Part shown: piece by piece, positions 54,408 to 63,106 of the stretch
Layout of the letters: each line of letters opens with the position of its first letter
Position numbering within the stretch: position 1 is the stretch's first letter
Origin: Chloroflexota bacterium
GTDB lineage: Bacteria; Chloroflexota; Limnocylindria; Limnocylindrales; CSP1-4
Direction of reading: 5' to 3'
Length of the DNA stretch: 63,106 nt
NCBI GenBank assembly: GCA_032128175.1
Contig: JAQBHC010000098.1
Location: 1-63,106 of the forward strand
Translations under genes and position numbers: made by a program
Notes under the pieces: generated by a model
What the model was told of the DNA's origin: nothing
Seen by the model: only the letters and a program-made list of their open reading frames with translations
Database searches by the model: none

Positions 54408-55081
54408 ACGAAAAGCCGACGGGCGCAGCGGCGCCAGCTACCCGCCTGGTCGTCGCGCAGGTCCGGGGCCTCCATGGACTCCAAGGCGTCCTGCGGGTGG
54501 AGGTGCTGACTGACCGGCCGGAGGAGCGTTTTGCCGTCGGTCAGGTTCTCCACCGCGAAGGGGCCGCGATGCCCCTGACGATCACCGAATCGGCGGCGGT
54601 CGAAGATGGGCCCGGCTGGCGTCTGCGGTTCAGCGGGGTCAATACTCGCGCGGCTGCCGAGAGCTTCCGCGACGCGTATTTCGAGACGGTCGTTGATCGG
54701 TCGAGTGACCTCCAACCCGGGTCCGCCTACTGGCACGAAATCATCGGCACGGAAGTTCGGGGCCTGGATGGCCGGGTCCTGGGCAAGGTGGCCGACGTCT
54801 ATCGCGTTGCCACGGCCGAGATCCTGGTCGTCCGCGGCGGTCCGGTCGGCGAGTTCGACCTGCCCCTGGTCAAGGACATCGTGCGGACCTTTGCTCCCGA
54901 GCGAGACGAGATCATCGTGGACGAGGGCGTCCTCGATCTCTTCGGAGATCCGGTTGACGAACCGACGCCCAAGCCGCCGCGCAAGCGACCTCGCTGGTCG
55001 CGCCACGGGAAGGGTGGGGCCAAACCCGATGCCCAGACCGAGTCGGACGGGACCGCGGAGCCTGCGACTGGGGGCTCATGA
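54404..55081 (+). CDS. rimM: 16S rRNA processing protein RimM; apparent CTG start
   Basis: The conserved N-terminus LVVAQVRGLHGLQGVLRVEV lies upstream of the first canonical start (GTG 54497). The frame is open from 54254 with no ATG/GTG/TTG. GGAGA at 54392-54396 lies 7 nt before CTG 54404, which overlaps the KH-gene stop (CTGA). Confidence 0.8.
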   Translation: MNEKPTGAAAPATRLVVAQVRGLHGLQGVLRVEVLTDRPEERFAVGQVLHREGAAMPLTITESAAVEDGPGWRLRFSGVNTRAAAESFRDAYFETVVDRSSDLQPGSAYWHEIIGTEVRGLDGRVLGKVADVYRVATAEILVVRGGPVGEFDLPLVKDIVRTFAPERDEIIVDEGVLDLFGDPVDEPTPKPPRKRPRWSRHGKGGAKPDAQTESDGTAEPATGGS

Positions 55082-55830
55082 TGCTCCGGATCGATATCGT
55101 GACCCTGTTTCCGGCGATGATCGAGGCGCCGCTCAGGGAGAGCATCCCGGGTCGGATCCAGGAGCACGGGCTCGTCGATATCCAGATTCACGATCTTCGC
55201 CAGTGGGGGATCGGACGTCATCGGACGGTGGATGACGCCCCCTATGGCGGCGGCGCGGGAATGGTCATGCGCCCGGAGCCGGTCGCTGCCGCGCTCAGCG
55301 CGCTGCGGGGACCCGCGAGTACCGTGATTCTCCTTGACCCCGCCGGCGAGGTGTTCCGCCAGGCACGTGCCGTTGACCTCGCCGGGCGCGACCACCTCAT
55401 CCTCATCTGTCCCCGCTACGAAGGGATCGACGACCGAATCCGGACCTTCGTGGACCTCGAGCTGTCAATCGGGGACTACGTCCTCACTGGCGGGGAGCTG
55501 CCGGCGCTCGTGGTTGTCGATGCCGTGATCCGGCTCCTTCCCGGCGCGATCGACGCTGCGTCCACCGCCGAGGAATCGTTTGCGGACGGCCTGCTGGAGT
55601 ACCCGCAGTTCACGCGGCCCGCGATCTTTGAAGGTCAGGGAGTCCCGGACGTTCTCGTCGGCGGCAATCACGAGGCGGTCCGCCGCTGGCGCCTCGAGGC
55701 GTCGCTCAGAAAAACTCGGACTCGTCGGCCGGACCTTCTCGTCGGCCGGGTCCCCACGACAGAAGAGGCGCGGATTCTCAGGATCCTCGACGAGGAAGGC
55801 TCCGACGAGTCGTCGAGTCCGCTCGGCTGA
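55078..55830 (+). CDS. trmD: tRNA (guanine37-N1)-methyltransferase TrmD
   Basis: RIDIVTLFPAM, ICPRYEGIDDR, SIGDYVLTGGELPA. ATGA overlap with rimM. Confidence 0.95.
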   Translation: MMLRIDIVTLFPAMIEAPLRESIPGRIQEHGLVDIQIHDLRQWGIGRHRTVDDAPYGGGAGMVMRPEPVAAALSALRGPASTVILLDPAGEVFRQARAVDLAGRDHLILICPRYEGIDDRIRTFVDLELSIGDYVLTGGELPALVVVDAVIRLLPGAIDAASTAEESFADGLLEYPQFTRPAIFEGQGVPDVLVGGNHEAVRRWRLEASLRKTRTRRPDLLVGRVPTTEEARILRILDEEGSDESSSPLG

Positions 55831-55845
55831 GCAGGCTGGATCGCG

Positions 55846-55854
55846 TGCTATACT
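55846..55854 (+). promoter_or_regulatory. putative extended -10 promoter (TGcTATACT) for rplS
   Basis: GCGTGCTATACTCCGCCG lies about 83 nt upstream of GTG 55937. The leader contains hairpin GCAGCTCGCGGCTGC. Confidence 0.45.
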
Positions 55855-55936
55855 CCGCCGCCGGGCGAACCCGACAACCCGACTCCACGATCCACCCGCA
55901 GCTCGCGGCTGCCTTCACGACCAGGGAACCACTACT

Positions 55937-56287
55937 GTGAACGTGCTCGACGAGATCGTCGCCGAACAGCTCCGCACCGATCTGCCTGCCCTCGCAACCG
56001 GCGACACCGTGCGTGTCTTCGCTCGCGTCGTGGAGGGCGGCAAGGAGCGTGTCCAGGTCTTTGAGGGCACATTGATGCGCCTCCGTGGGGGCGGGATCAC
56101 CCGGTCCATCACCGTGCGCAAGCTTGCCAGCGGTGTCGGCGTGGAGCGGACCTTCAAGGTCAACAGCCCGCGCATCGAAAAGATAGACGTCATGCGCCAC
56201 GGCAAGGTCCGACGCGCTCAGCTCTATTTCCTGCGCCAGCGGGTCGGCAAGTCCGCCACGCTTCGCGAGCGCCGCACCAACAGCTGA
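55937..56287 (+). CDS. rplS: 50S ribosomal protein L19
   Basis: GDTVRVFARVVEGGKERVQVFEGTLMRLRGGGITRSITVRK...VERTF. GTG start. Confidence 0.93.
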   Translation: MNVLDEIVAEQLRTDLPALATGDTVRVFARVVEGGKERVQVFEGTLMRLRGGGITRSITVRKLASGVGVERTFKVNSPRIEKIDVMRHGKVRRAQLYFLRQRVGKSATLRERRTNS

Positions 56288-56337
56288 CTGGTCGGCCGCT
56301 ATGGCAGCGGCCGCCTTGGCCGGGTAGGCTAGGTGGC

Positions 56338-57144
56338 GTGCCCCAGGATCCCACTCTTCGCATTGAGCGCCAGCTCTGGAACTCCGGCGCGCGGCGCGTC
56401 GCAGGCGTGGATGAAGTCGGCGTGGCGCCGACCTGCGGGGCGGTCGTAGCGGCCGCGGTCATCATTCGACCCGACAGCCGTCGCATCCCCGGCGTCCGCG
56501 ATTCCAAGGTGCTCTCGGCAGCCCAACGCGAACGACTCGCACCAGAAATCCGTCGCCGAGCGCTCGCTGTCGGCGTGGGTGCGGCCTCGGTCAGCGAGAT
56601 CGACCGACTCAACATCTACCACGCCACCCATCTCGCGATGCGCCGCGCGGTTGCGCGCCTCGGGGGACACGATCACGTGCTCGTAGACGGCAACCGGATC
56701 TCCGGCTTCGCGACCCATGTCGGGCCGTACACGGCGGTCGTGAACGGTGATGCCCTGTCCTATTCCATCGCCTGTGCGTCCGTCGTCGCGAAAGTCACTC
56801 GCGACCGGATGATGGCCCTGCTGGCCCTCCGCTATCCGGGCTACGGGTGGGAACGGAACCAGGGATACGCCACCCTCGAGCATCGCGAGGCGGTCCGCCG
56901 GCTCGGCCTGACGCCGTTTCACCGGCGCAGTTTCCTGGCCCTGCAGCGCACGCTTGCCGGCGACCAGATCGCCCTGGGGCTGGAAGGCACCGCAAGAGCC
57001 GCCGCACCAGCCCACCTCGTACCAGTCCTGGCGACGCGTTCGCCCCTTGACGTGCGCGATCTTGTTGCGAATCTGGTCGAGCACCTCGAACTCGACCTTG
57101 ACGAGGTGACAGCGGACTTCGAGGAGTTGCCGGCCGGGTCGTGA
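56338..57144 (+). CDS. rnhB: ribonuclease HII with about 60-aa C-terminal extension
   Basis: VAGVDEVG (DE catalytic pair, atypical VGVA after it), DSKVLS, HATHLAMRRA, SVVAKVTRD, GYGW..NQGY. Confidence 0.85.
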   Translation: MPQDPTLRIERQLWNSGARRVAGVDEVGVAPTCGAVVAAAVIIRPDSRRIPGVRDSKVLSAAQRERLAPEIRRRALAVGVGAASVSEIDRLNIYHATHLAMRRAVARLGGHDHVLVDGNRISGFATHVGPYTAVVNGDALSYSIACASVVAKVTRDRMMALLALRYPGYGWERNQGYATLEHREAVRRLGLTPFHRRSFLALQRTLAGDQIALGLEGTARAAAPAHLVPVLATRSPLDVRDLVANLVEHLELDLDEVTADFEELPAGS

Positions 57145-57251
57145 GTCGGTCGAGCGGCCCAGAACCCGACGTCCGCGGAGCGGCCCGGGGCCCGACGTCT
57201 GAGGGCCGCCCGAATAAGTGCCAGTGCATTGGTCCGTGCGATCCTCTGGTC

Positions 57252-57644
57252 ATGCGAACCGAGGCGCAGCGAATCGGGGATCTGGCCGAGCAGCTCGTGG
57301 CGGACCGGCTGGTGGCAGCTGGTTGGCGAATTCTCGGGCGGCAGGTGCGTGTCGGCCGCGCGGAGCTGGACATCGTCGCCGTGGACGTCGCGTCGCCGCA
57401 GCGTCTCGTCATCGTCGAGGTACGGGCGCGCTCCAGCCGCGAATTCGGCCTGGCGGAGGAAACCGTGGATGCCCGGAAGCGGCTACGGCTGCGTCGCGCA
57501 GCGCAAGCGCTTCGAGAGAAGGGCGTGCTCGCCGACGGCACGTCCGTGCCGCCGCTGCCCCTGCGGCTAGACCTCGTGGTGGTCGAGCCGGCCTCCGCGC
57601 CGGACGGTCCCGTGCGCATCCGGCACCACGTGGCCGCCATCTGA
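57252..57644 (+). CDS. yraN: YraN family (UPF0102) predicted endonuclease
   Basis: GDLAEQLVADRLVAAGWRILGRQVRVGRAELDIVAVD...LVIVEVRARS. The start at ATG 57252 is preferred over the ORF-track start at 57141. Confidence 0.85.
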   Translation: MRTEAQRIGDLAEQLVADRLVAAGWRILGRQVRVGRAELDIVAVDVASPQRLVIVEVRARSSREFGLAEETVDARKRLRLRRAAQALREKGVLADGTSVPPLPLRLDLVVVEPASAPDGPVRIRHHVAAI

Positions 57645-57669
57645 CGGGGGAAGACCCGCCAGGACCCTG

Positions 57670-57678
57670 TGCTACACT
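57670..57678 (+). promoter_or_regulatory. putative extended -10 promoter (TGcTACACT) for rpsB-tsf
   Basis: CTGTGCTACACTCCGGCC lies about 174 nt upstream of GTG 57852. Confidence 0.45.
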
Positions 57679-57683
57679 CCGGC

Positions 57684-57851
57684 CCGCCGCGGACCGACTG
57701 CGGCTTCAATGCCCGCCACCACTTGGTAGCGGAGCTCACACGCGGATCGTTCCGACCGGGACGGTGCCGAGCAGGCTCGCGCAGGCGAACTTGAGCGGCC
57801 CCCGGCGATGGGTTCCGCGGCGGAGATAACCGGATCAGGAGGTCACGCCCC
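57684..57851 (+). promoter_or_regulatory. long structured 5' leader of rpsB (candidate S2 autoregulatory element)
   Basis: Perfect 10-bp long-range complement CCGCCGCGGA (57684-57693) / TCCGCGGCGG (57814-57823) closes a ~120-nt domain that ends 13 nt before the AGGAGG SD (57837-57842). Confidence 0.35.
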
Positions 57852-58796
57852 GTGCCGTCCGTATCAATGCGGCAGCTGCTCGAAGCCGGTGTTCACTTTG
57901 GACACCAGACGCGCCGCTGGAATCCCAAGATGCGCCCGTTCATTTTTGCGGAGCGCAACGGGATCCACATCATCGATCTCGCCCAGACCGCCCAGCGACT
58001 TCAGGTTGCGCTCGATTTCGTGCGCGAAACTGTCGCCCGCGGCGAACCAGTCCTGTTCATCGGGACCAAGAAACAAGCCCATGAGCCGATCGCCGAAGAG
58101 GCGACCCGCGCCGGGATGCCGTACATCAACAAGCGCTGGCTGGGCGGGATGCTCACGAACTTCGTGACCATCAAGAAGCGGATCGGGCTCATGGAGCAGC
58201 TCGAGGCGCGCCAGCAGTCGGGTGAGTTCGAGCGCCTTCCAAAGAAGGAAGCGGCAAAACTGACCGAGGAACTCAACAAGTTGAGCGCGACGCTGGGCGG
58301 AATTCGGAAGATGAAACGGCTCCCTGGGGCGGTATTCATCGTGGACCCGCATCGCGAGCGGATCGCCATCACAGAAGCCAACAAGTTGGAGCTCCCAGTG
58401 GTCGCGACCGGCGACACGAACGTGGACCCTGATGAGATCGACTACATCATCCCGGCCAACGACGACGCCATTCGCGCTATTCGTTTGCTTTGTTCGCTGG
58501 TGGCCGATGCGGCCATTGAGGGGGCCCAGGAGCGAGCATCCCGAGCAACCATCGAGCCGGAGCCAGAGCCCCAGGGTCCTGAGCCCGAGTACGACGACGT
58601 CGGGGCAAGTGACGCCCTGGTCGCCGCGCTGGCTGGCGGCGCAGCGCTGAGCTTTGCCCCGGATGACGACGACGACCTCCTGCCTGGCGCCCCATTGCCG
58701 GCCGTCGCCGAAGAGGCCACCGCGACACCCGAGGAGATTGCAGCAGAGCTGGCCCGCGAAGCCGCCGAGCGAGCAGCGACCGAAAATCGGGCCTGA
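57852..58796 (+). CDS. rpsB: 30S ribosomal protein S2 with acidic/Pro-rich C-terminal extension
   Basis: [38 protein letters not shown] start 9 nt after AGGAGG. Confidence 0.95.
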   Translation: MPSVSMRQLLEAGVHFGHQTRRWNPKMRPFIFAERNGIHIIDLAQTAQRLQVALDFVRETVARGEPVLFIGTKKQAHEPIAEEATRAGMPYINKRWLGGMLTNFVTIKKRIGLMEQLEARQQSGEFERLPKKEAAKLTEELNKLSATLGGIRKMKRLPGAVFIVDPHRERIAITEANKLELPVVATGDTNVDPDEIDYIIPANDDAIRAIRLLCSLVADAAIEGAQERASRATIEPEPEPQGPEPEYDDVGASDALVAALAGGAALSFAPDDDDDLLPGAPLPAVAEEATATPEEIAAELAREAAERAATENRA

Positions 58797-58865
58797 CCCG
58801 GAACTGTCTATCACGCATCGCGGCGAGGCAGGGCCTCACCGCCGAAACAGGAGCATCGAACGAAC

Positions 58866-59465
58866 ATGGCCACGATCAGCGCCGGGGCAGTCAAGGAGCT
58901 GCGCGAGCGGACCGGAGCAGGCTTCATGGACTGCAAGCGCGTTCTCGAGGAAACCGCCGGAGACGTCGAGAAGGCGATCCTCCTGCTGCGTGACCGCGGT
59001 CTCGCGGCGGCAGCGAAGAAGGCCGGCCGAGACGCCCGCGAAGGTCTCGTGTCGAGCTACATCCACACGGGCGGCCGGGTGGGGGTCCTTATCGAAGTCA
59101 ACTGTGAGACAGACTTCGTGGCACGGACCGCTGAATTCCAGAAGCTCGTCCGCGATCTCGCCGTGCAGGTCGCCGGCCTGGCTCCGAGCCACGTGGACCT
59201 GGACGCCGTGCCGCAGGCCGAGCTGGAGAGGAAGAAGGCGCAGCTTGCAGCCGACCCGGCTGTCGCTGGAAAGCCGGCCGAGATTCGCGAGAAGATCGTG
59301 GACGGCCAGCTCAAGAAGTGGGCCCGCGAAGTCTGCCTGCTCGATCAGCCGTTCCGGGACGAGGACCGCACCGTGCGTGAACTCGTGAACGAAAAGATCG
59401 CCACGATCGGGGAGAATATCCGGGTGCGTCGGTTCGTCCGCTACGCGCTCGGGGAGGAACTGTGA
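58866..59465 (+). CDS. tsf: elongation factor Ts (short ~200-aa form)
   Basis: [24 protein letters not shown]-like N-terminus, [19 protein letters not shown]. Confidence 0.93.
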   Translation: MATISAGAVKELRERTGAGFMDCKRVLEETAGDVEKAILLLRDRGLAAAAKKAGRDAREGLVSSYIHTGGRVGVLIEVNCETDFVARTAEFQKLVRDLAVQVAGLAPSHVDLDAVPQAELERKKAQLAADPAVAGKPAEIREKIVDGQLKKWAREVCLLDQPFRDEDRTVRELVNEKIATIGENIRVRRFVRYALGEEL

Positions 59466-60220
59466 CGGCCGCGTCTTCAAGAAAGCCGACCCGCTATGGC
59501 CGGATCCTGCTGAAGCTGTCCGGTGAGGCGCTTCTCGGGCAGCGGAGTTATGGCGTCGACCCAGCGGTCTGCGCATTCATCGCCACACAGGTAGCGCGCG
59601 TCCATGCGACCGGCGTCGAGGTCGGGATTGTCATCGGCGGCGGGAACATCTTCCGCGGGATGTCCGCGGCGGCCAAGGGAATGGATCGTGCGACCGGCGA
59701 TTACATCGGTATGCTCGCGACCGTCATGAATGGCCTCGCCCTGCAGGATGCCGTCGAGGGAGCAGGATTGCCCACCCGGGTGATGAGCGCGATCGCGATG
59801 AACGAGATTGCAGAGCCCTACATTCGCCGTCGCGCCGTGCGCCATCTCGAGAAGGGCCGCGTGGCGATCTTCGTCGCCGGCACCGGAAACCCCTACTTCA
59901 CGACCGATACCGCCGCCGCGCTGCGTGCCGTCGAGATCGGCGCCGAAGTCCTGCTCAAGGCCACCAAGGTGGACGGCGTGTACGACGCCGACCCGATGAA
60001 GGTTCCCACCGCCCGGCGCTACGATCGGCTCGAGTACGCGGACCTGCTCCGCGACCAGCTCAAGGTCATGGACGCTGCAGCCGTTGCGCTGTGCATGGAG
60101 AATGACCTGCCTATCGTGGTCTTCGACCTCAACCAGCCCGACAACATCGCCCGCGTCGCGCTCGTCGAGCCTGTAGGCACGCTGATCGCGGCCCCGACGT
60201 CTGGAGGCGTTCAGGGATGA
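59462..60220 (+). CDS. pyrH: UMP kinase
   Basis: [41 protein letters not shown] overlap with tsf. Confidence 0.95.
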   Translation: MTAASSRKPTRYGRILLKLSGEALLGQRSYGVDPAVCAFIATQVARVHATGVEVGIVIGGGNIFRGMSAAAKGMDRATGDYIGMLATVMNGLALQDAVEGAGLPTRVMSAIAMNEIAEPYIRRRAVRHLEKGRVAIFVAGTGNPYFTTDTAAALRAVEIGAEVLLKATKVDGVYDADPMKVPTARRYDRLEYADLLRDQLKVMDAAAVALCMENDLPIVVFDLNQPDNIARVALVEPVGTLIAAPTSGGVQG

Positions 60221-60774
60221 GCACCGAGATCGTGACGAGCGCGGATCAGCGGATGACACGCGCAGCCGAGGCCATGGAGCGGGACTTCCAGGGCATCCGA
60301 ACCGGCCGGGCTTCGACGAGCCTCGTGGAGCGGATCATCGTTGACTACTACGGAACGCAGACGCCCCTGAACCAGCTGGCCGGCATCAGCGTCCCGGAGA
60401 TGCATCAGATCGTGATCCAGCCGTGGGACCGGAGCGTGCTCGGGGCCATCGAGAAGGCGATCACCAAGAGCGAACTGGGCCTGATGCCGAACGTGGATGG
60501 GACAGTCGTCCGCCTGAACATTCCTCCCCTGACCGAGGAGCGCCGGCGCGACCTGGTCAAGGTCGTCCACCGACGCATGGAAGAGGCGCGTGTCGAGATC
60601 CGCAACGTCCGCCGCGACGCCGCCGACCAGCTCAAGAAGCTGGAGCGCGAGGGCGAGGTGGGGCAGGACGACGCGCATCGCCTGCTCGACACGATCCAGA
60701 AGACGACCGATCGTCACATCGGTGAGGTCGATCGGATCGGCGCCGCGAAGGAACAGGAAGTCCTGGAGGTCTAG
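60217..60774 (+). CDS. frr: ribosome recycling factor
   Basis: [38 protein letters not shown], 185 aa. Confidence 0.95.
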   Translation: MSTEIVTSADQRMTRAAEAMERDFQGIRTGRASTSLVERIIVDYYGTQTPLNQLAGISVPEMHQIVIQPWDRSVLGAIEKAITKSELGLMPNVDGTVVRLNIPPLTEERRRDLVKVVHRRMEEARVEIRNVRRDAADQLKKLEREGEVGQDDAHRLLDTIQKTTDRHIGEVDRIGAAKEQEVLEV

Positions 60775-61562
60775 TGGCGCGTGCCCCTTTCGTTCGGCCG
60801 AACGATGCCCCGCCGACGGCCCACGAGGCGGACAGCTCAGCGGATCCCTCCGACTTCGACGCCGCGAAGCCTTCTCCTTCGGACGTGCCATATCACGTGG
60901 CCGTCATCATGGACGGCAATCGGCGCTGGGCGCGACAGCGCGGGCTCCATGAGCTCGAGGGCCATCCGGCCGGTGTCGAGGCCATCCGCGGCGTCCTTCG
61001 CCACGCCCGGCGGCGAGGGATCCGTGCGCTGACCCTGTACGCGTTCAGTCGCGAGAACTGGGCCCGCGGCGACGCCGAGGTCACGGCCCTGTTCGGCCTT
61101 CTCGAAGCCGCGATCCGCAGTGAAACCGAAGAGCTGCGGGCGCAGGGGGTTCGAGTCCGAATGATCGGCCGGCTGCATGAGTTGCCGCCCGAGACGCGGG
61201 CCTCGATCGACGACGCGCTGGCCGCCACGATGGGTGGCAGCGAGATGCTGCTGACCATCGCCTTCAACTACGCCGGTCGCACGGAGATCGTCGATGCCAT
61301 CCGCTCGATCGTCGCGTCCGGCATATCGCCGGAGGCGATCAACGAGGGGAGCGTGGCGGATGCGTTGTACACGGCCGGCACGCCAGATCCGGACCTGGTT
61401 ATCCGCACCGGCGGCGAGGAACGCCTGAGCAACTTCCTGATCTGGCAGTCCGCCTACGCTGAGCTAGTGACGACGGAAACGCTGTGGCCGGATTTCGGCG
61501 CTGACTCGCTGGACGCCGCACTGGCGGAGTACGCCTCGCGACACCGCCGATACGGTCGCTGA
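60774..61562 (+). CDS. uppS: undecaprenyl (isoprenyl) diphosphate synthase
   Basis: HVAVIMDGNRRWA, LTLYAFSRENW, ERLSNFLIWQSAYAEL. Confidence 0.93.
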   Translation: MARAPFVRPNDAPPTAHEADSSADPSDFDAAKPSPSDVPYHVAVIMDGNRRWARQRGLHELEGHPAGVEAIRGVLRHARRRGIRALTLYAFSRENWARGDAEVTALFGLLEAAIRSETEELRAQGVRVRMIGRLHELPPETRASIDDALAATMGGSEMLLTIAFNYAGRTEIVDAIRSIVASGISPEAINEGSVADALYTAGTPDPDLVIRTGGEERLSNFLIWQSAYAELVTTETLWPDFGADSLDAALAEYASRHRRYGR

Positions 61563-61568
61563 AGCCCG

Positions 61569-62399
61569 ATGCTGATTGATCGCGTGAGGAGCGCCGCGTT
61601 CCTCGTCCCGGCCCTGCTGGTCGTGCTCTGGCTCGGGGGGCCGTGGTTGACGTTGCTCGTCGCCGCCGTGGTTGTGTTCGCGGCCCGCGAGGTCTTCAAG
61701 CTGCTCGCGGCCGCCGGACACGCGTCGTTCCCGGCACTCGGGGTCGTGCTCGCCGTCGTTGTCGCCCTCGGCGATGCCATTCCGTCGCTGCCTGATGGAT
61801 CGGGGCTTCTCCTGGCCAGCGTCGGGATCATCCTGACTGGAGCCGCGGCCCTGACCCGAACCGATCCCCGAGATGGGCTGGCCGAGTTCGCCACGACTAC
61901 GTTCGGCGCGCTGTACGTCGGATTGCTTGGATTCGTTCCTCGTCTGGCGTATGTCGCCCCCGGGACACCCGACGGGGCCCCGTTGGCGTTCATCAGCCCA
62001 GCGCTCGGCTGGCTGCTTGTCCTGGTCCTGGGGGTCTGGGCGTTCGACACCGGCGCCTATTTCGTGGGGAAGCGCTTCGGCCGCCGCGGGTTCATGCGCC
62101 ACATCTCGCCATCCAAGACCATTGAGGGCGTCGTTGGGGGCACCCTGGCCGTGTCCCTCCTGACGACCGTCCTGGTCGCTGCAATGGGTCACAACTGGAC
62201 AAGCGGACTCGTGCTCGGACCCGTCATTGCCGCCGCGGCCCAGACCGGCGATCTCGTGGAGTCGATGCTCAAGCGCGCCGCTGGCGTCAAGGACTCGGCA
62301 GCGTTGATTCCGGGTCACGGCGGGGTGTTGGACCGCGTGGACTCGTTCCTGTTCGCCGCACCGGCGGTCGTCCTCTACGTCCTCATTGCGTTCCGCTGA
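61569..62399 (+). CDS. cdsA: phosphatidate cytidylyltransferase
   Basis: ISPSKTIEGVVGG and SMLKRAAGVKDSAALIPGHGGVLDRVDS signature, multi-TM. Confidence 0.93.
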   Translation: MLIDRVRSAAFLVPALLVVLWLGGPWLTLLVAAVVVFAAREVFKLLAAAGHASFPALGVVLAVVVALGDAIPSLPDGSGLLLASVGIILTGAAALTRTDPRDGLAEFATTTFGALYVGLLGFVPRLAYVAPGTPDGAPLAFISPALGWLLVLVLGVWAFDTGAYFVGKRFGRRGFMRHISPSKTIEGVVGGTLAVSLLTTVLVAAMGHNWTSGLVLGPVIAAAAQTGDLVESMLKRAAGVKDSAALIPGHGGVLDRVDSFLFAAPAVVLYVLIAFR

Positions 62400-62416
62400 G
62401 ACCGGACGCAGGCGTG

Positions 62417-63106
62417 ATGACCACCCTGGATCGTCGTCGCCGCGTGGCGGTTCTCGGGTCGACGGGTTCGATCGGTCGGCAGGCGCTCGACGTCATCCGT
62501 CGAGATGAGCGATTCGAGGTCGTGGGGCTGGCGGCCGGACTCAACGCGAAGGTGCTCGGCGATCAGGCTCGTGCGTTTCGTCCGGCATCGGTGGTCCTGG
62601 CGGACGGCGCGGATCGCCGCGATCTGGGCGATCTCCCCGTGGGAACCGTCGTCCACACTGGCGACGAGGCGCTTGAGGCGCTCGCGGCCCAAGCCGATCT
62701 CGACCTGCTCATCGTGGCGACGGGCGGAATGGTCAGCCTTCGCCCCGTTTTAGCGGCGCTGCGCGCCGGCACGCCGGTCGCGACTGCCAACAAGGAGACC
62801 CTGGTTGCGGGCGGCCATCTGGTGATGCCCCTCGCCCGGGCGCTCGCATTCGAGCGCGCAAGCCGCGATCCAGGCGATCCTCTGGCCAATGTGCTCGGCT
62901 GGATCCGGCCGATCGACTCCGAGCATTCGGCAATCTGGCAATGCCTGATCGGGGAGTCGCCCGGCACTATCGAGCGGCTCATTCTGACGGCCTCGGGCGG
63001 ACCGTTCCTGCACACCTCGGAGGCTGAACTGGCGACCGTGAGCGCGACGCAGGCGCTGGCGCACCCCACCTGGTCGATGGGCGCGAAGATCACGATCGAC
63101 AGCGCC
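62417..63106 (+). CDS. dxr: 1-deoxy-D-xylulose 5-phosphate reductoisomerase, 3' end runs off window (not in the ORF track)
   Basis: My translation: MTTLDRRRRVAVLGSTGSIGRQALDV...ANKETLVAGG...PIDSEHSAIWQCL...LTASGGPF...HPTWSMGAKITIDSA. Open to the window end. Confidence 0.92.
   Translation, partial: MTTLDRRRRVAVLGSTGSIGRQALDVIRRDERFEVVGLAAGLNAKVLGDQARAFRPASVVLADGADRRDLGDLPVGTVVHTGDEALEALAAQADLDLLIVATGGMVSLRPVLAALRAGTPVATANKETLVAGGHLVMPLARALAFERASRDPGDPLANVLGWIRPIDSEHSAIWQCLIGESPGTIERLILTASGGPFLHTSEAELATVSATQALAHPTWSMGAKITIDSA

Overview
High-GC (roughly two-thirds G+C by eye) bacterial chromosomal core segment, almost entirely housekeeping. About 60 CDS and 9 tRNA genes are supportable. I see no rRNA, CRISPR array, transposase, integrase, prophage or recognisable defence or secondary-metabolite locus. 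From about 12.8 kb to the end nearly every gene is on the + strand, often with 1-4 nt start/stop overlaps. Gene order closely follows the Bacillus-type ylo/ylq/rpsB regions: rpsF-ssb-rpsR; gmk-priA-def-fmt-rlmN-rpe-(rpmB<-)-asp23-yloV-recG; rsmD-coaD-DUF177-rpmF-plsX-acpP-rnc-smc-ftsY-ffh-rpsP-KH-rimM-trmD-rplS-rnhB-yraN; rpsB-tsf-pyrH-frr-uppS-cdsA-dxr. That order, plus whiA, an LCP protein and a short 199-aa EF-Ts, suggests a high-GC Gram-positive-like lineage (Chloroflexota or deep Actinomycetota), but I cannot determine taxonomy from here. I did not find a convincing novel multi-gene system. The observations most worth follow-up are: (1) two conserved genes, a SepIVA/DivIVA-like coiled-coil gene missing from the ORF track and rimM, whose conserved N-termini precede any ATG/GTG/TTG and that appear to start at CTG behind a GGAGA Shine-Dalgarno; (2) a 1-nt frameshift splitting fmt; (3) an orphan xanthine-dehydrogenase-family molybdopterin subunit translationally coupled to fmt at the position where rsmB normally sits; (4) an orphan TadZ/CpaE-like pseudo-receiver ATPase with a MinD-like C-terminal tail; (5) two envelope proteins embedded in the ftsY-ffh-rpsP operon; (6) a recurrent extended -10 motif (TGCTAyACTCC) that also predicts leaderless def, rlmN and EamA mRNAs; (7) a lower-GC islet after tRNA-Cys with a long structured leader and a small secreted Cys/His protein; (8) in-frame tandem repeats in priA and at the smc/ftsY junction. 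All family assignments come from reading the translations by eye. No searches were run.
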